Below are positions 60,345 through 64,000 of a stretch of DNA of 64,000 bases, in pieces. Each line of letters starts with the position of its first letter. Position 1 is the stretch's first letter. The translations under genes were made by a program, and so were the position numbers. The stretch is from Azolla caroliniana (taxonomy: Eukaryota; Plantae; Polypodiophyta), in NCBI GenBank assembly GCA_043228905.1, contig JBHGNT010000017.1, positions 4,774,001 through 4,838,000 on the forward strand, read 5' to 3'. The notes beneath the pieces were generated by a model that ran no database searches, was not told the DNA's origin, and saw only the letters and a list, made by a program, of their open reading frames with translations.

Positions 60345-63300
60345 ATGGCCCTGCTCCCCTCTTCCTATTGCCTCCCCTGTTCCCATGAGCCCCCCTCTGA
60401 TGTAGATCTCCATTGCAATTCTTACACACCTTCTTCCTCCTGCTCCTCCCGCTTCATCGCTCCTCCCTGCCTCCTCAACCATATCATGCAACACAACAGA
60501 AGCACCATCCTCATGGCATCTCCTCAGAAGCAATGGCCTTGCATCAGGCCATCTCCATCAAAACTTCCTGTTCCCCCCTGTATGAGCATTCCTGACCCTA
60601 AATTCTCTGTATCTGTCTGTGGAATGAGTCGTGGTAGCACCCGCAATGGTTGCCCGGATTCTGCTTCCGTTCAGTATGCATCATCGGTAGGAAGGGCCCA
60701 CATCAGCACGCATGACTTGATGAGATGTCTCCATGACGGTACAGCATCAACGGTTGGCATGCCAGGAGCCAACATTGCTGCTATGTCAGCAGTCGATACT
60801 TGCCATACATCAGAAACCAAAAGGGATTCTAGCTGGATAATTCCCTCATGGCATTTGAGGAGATGCTTCTATGGCACCGCATCATCCGTTGTTGCTGCGG
60901 CCAGAAAGTTTGACCTTGTAGAGCTCATCAAAAGGCTGGGGCGTAACCCTGGTGATGGTGGGAATAACTCAGGTCATGGAGGGTTGGGAGGAAATGGAGG
61001 TGATGGTGGGTATGGAGATTTCTTCAGTTCTGGCCCAGAAGATCATGCTCGTGGTTCTTGTTATGGCCTCGCCTTCACAATGATGGATTTGCAGGGCTTC
61101 TGTGATGATATCAATGAAGGCGAGTGTTCAGAACATACCAGTCTCCTTGAAAGTTTAAAAGCCATGCTAAGTAGTTTGTTTTCACTTCTGTTATCCTATC
61201 AGGGACATGTCAAACCTTTGCACAAATATGCCGACATTGATGGCAATTGTAATGCTTCAGTGACGGTGATTGACCAGAGAGATGGAGATGATAAGGAGTT
61301 GGCTTTTTTTCAAGCTGATGGAGGTAATATCACACATGGTGAAGCCATCACACATGGTGAATGCAGAGAGAACAACATGAATTTGCTGAAATTGGAGCAT
61401 GGAAAGGATGGGTTTCTAGGGCAAGAACATGTATCCACGCACATGTCATATGAAGGGTTAGTTTCTAATGAAGCTGTCATAAGCTGGTTTGCTCAGCCTG
61501 CTTTGGCTAAGGTAGCAGTTGATCAAGCAACATCAGCAAAATCAGGGGATGCAGGTATAAAAGAACCAGTGACAATTACTAAGGGTATTGATGGAGATTC
61601 TCCTACACAGATACTTGGGTCCGGAGGAGACTCAACTGTAGCAAAGCAGTCAGATGTAAGTCCATGTTCTATGGTTTGCACCAGAATATAATATGTTACA
61701 AATTGTTATCACCATTTCTGTAGATATATGTGTTGTAATATGTGAAAATTGGCAGTAATTGGTATCATGATTTTTATGGACATAGGTGTTGCATTCTGTG
61801 AAGTTTGTCATCTGTAGAGAAAATATGATACTGATTGTTGTTTCTAATTTTCGACGCACATACATATGCATGTATGCATCTATATATATGTTTGTGTATT
61901 GTTATCTGTGAAGTTTGCTCGTATGCAGAGAAAATACAGTTCTAATTGTTGTCATCACTCTATTCATGTTGTGGTATGTGAACATTCTTCATGTGATAAG
62001 TAATATCATACTAGTTATTGTCAGCATATTTAGAGATACATCTGAATCGTAATATGTGAAATAATTGTTTCTATGCAGCTCGAAATTATGAAGCGATTGC
62101 AAAGAGAAGTGTTTTCAGAATTGATGAAGTTAAGAGAGAGGCTAGAGAAAATAGAACAAATCCGCCGACCATCAGATCAGCAAGGCGGTGCCAAGACACG
62201 TTTAAAAGGAGAAGCCAAAGCTGGTGTGGCATTTGTTTTGATTGATGATATTAGTAATAGTCGACAAGCAAGAGATGCTTTAGTAAATGCTGGGATGCAG
62301 TCTGGACTAGATGTCTCCTTCACATTTGAGACTCGGTTTAGAGAAAGAGATACATTAATCACACAATGTGTTTCGGGTCAGGGTAGCAGTGTCGGTGATG
62401 GCAGAGCCCTTGGGGGCTCTCTGGCTTTAGGAAAATTACAATATGTCACACATGTTAGCGATGACTTTTCTCTTTCGTTTGTGCCTCTTGGTGCACAAGG
62501 CAAAGATGTGACAGAGATAATCAATGTTCTCCAGGTATAGTCTTATCTTACAACTTACATTGTACATTTGACTATACATCAATAGTCAATTTAAGGCTAC
62601 ACATAAACCCAATTAGCAAATGTACATGGATGAGGACGAAACCTTCTTCCATAGAGTGAGTAGAAGTGAGAAGGTAGCTAACTCTTTATATATTCGAAAC
62701 CCTAGGTCATGTCTAAAACACAGCTTTCCACACTATGGCTGCACACCCATAGTTCAACTCTACCCTTGGTTTGATTCCTAACACAAGTTTATTTAGCACA
62801 TGTTCATTTATACCTCGTAACGCGTTATGGGATTATTTTCAGGCGATTTGAAATTGAATTTGTTGAATTGTCTTCTTCCAGGACAAGGGCCTCACCACTT
62901 TTTCCAGTCAAGGACCGGCTTTATTTAACCATTGCAGGGGGTCTGCACTCGGAGCAACTGTGAGTGGTTCAATGTTTGCATTTTCTGTTGGACAATATCT
63001 GTCTGGATGGGGTAACCAGTCAAACACAACAGATCGTGGCACAACTGATTCTGGTGATCCATTGTGCCTCAGCACATTGGGTCAGTTGTTGATCCAGCCT
63101 ATAGAGGGTATTGTTGTATCAGTTTCTGGACTTGGTCGTTATTGGCCTAGCCCTCCTCTTCCATCATCAATGGGCCTCCATTGGAGTGAAATGGGTCCCC
63201 TTGTTATCCCAAAATTTCGTCCATGGAAGAAACACCAATCTCATGCTGCTTATCCAGATCCAATTGATGGATTCCCCTCTCATAGTAGTAGTCCAAGATC

Positions 63301-63718
63301 ACATTGGGAATCACCCAAACTCGAATATGGTATTGATTCATCGTCATGCAAAGGAACTTCATCGTTCTCATTTGCATTTTCAAGCTCGATGGATTTGAGT
63401 GAGAACATTAATGTTAGTGCTTGGGCACAAATAGAGAAAGGAGATTCACTTCAAGATTTAGACAGCGGGAACATTCAATGGGCTATTAATCTATCAAAAA
63501 ACTCAGGAAATGGTATTGATTGGGGAGCAAGTATTGGGAGCTGTCGGTCCGACTGTTATGGTTGGGATAGAGATAATTACAATCCACAACTTCAGATGGA
63601 GGCTTTTCTGAGAATAGATTGTGGGAAAGGTTTTACATTGCAACCGGGTTTACTGTATATTTCAAACAAGAGCACCCAAACTCCTGCATTTATTATTCAG
63701 TCACATTGGTCACTTTGA
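60345..63718 (+). CDS. Uncharacterised ~867-aa probable plastid-envelope protein with a C-terminal beta-barrel/porin-like domain (recalled as AT1G11320-like family)
   Basis: Three exons joined in phase 0: 60345-61655, 62079-62534 and 62882-63718. Family signature LEIMKRLQREVFSELMKLRERLEKIE, amphipathic strands, and a C-terminus QMEAFLRIDCGKGFTLQPGLLY...AFIIQSHWSL*. Confidence 0.8.
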
Positions 63719-64000
63719 AGTGATAAATTTTTATGTGGTAGTCGTAAACATCATGGTGCTGTCTTGATGCATTTTGGTTTCTTTTATGTTAGTTGAATTG
63801 TTGCTGTTGCTGTTGATGTTATGAGATGAAAATTTTGAGTGACCTCTTTTTTCTATTCTCATTATGCGAAGAAGCTAGAGCATTGAGATTGAAAGAAGCT
63901 AATCTGGTGGAAGAATTAGGAGGACAAGAAATTGCTTTCAGCTCTGAGTTTTTTGAAGTCATTCTTAAGACATGCACGTTGAAGGTATACCTTGCACAAT

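Noticed and set aside
1-64000. CRISPR arrays, prokaryotic operons or defence systems
   Set aside because: No regularly spaced repeat-spacer arrays were found. The sequence is eukaryotic with spliceosomal introns.

Overview
Eukaryotic, intron-rich nuclear DNA from a land plant. A fern or other seed-free lineage is an inference from the style of the PLS-PPR genes, the LINE families and the (CATA)n repeats. I assembled exons by hand from GT-AG boundaries. Genes: SYP13-type syntaxin (+, 13 exons); organellar release factor 2/PrfB2 (-); an uncharacterised multi-exon gene (-) with a PLS-PPR gene nested in one intron; two more intronless PLS-PPR genes; FEY-like SDR (-); a BRCT-RING-PHD protein (+); PSA3 (-); and, head-to-head with PSA3, an ~867-aa gene whose C-terminal half resembles a cyanobacterial-type (SomA/OprB-like) porin behind a Toc75-like targeting leader. 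Mobile DNA: a three-element nested L1-like LINE stack with resolvable target-site duplications (TSDs), a truncated LINE with a (CTAT)n tail, a hAT-type MITE and a tiny mitochondrial rRNA NUMT. Short tandem duplications and microsatellites are common. All homology calls rest on recalled motifs; no database search was run.
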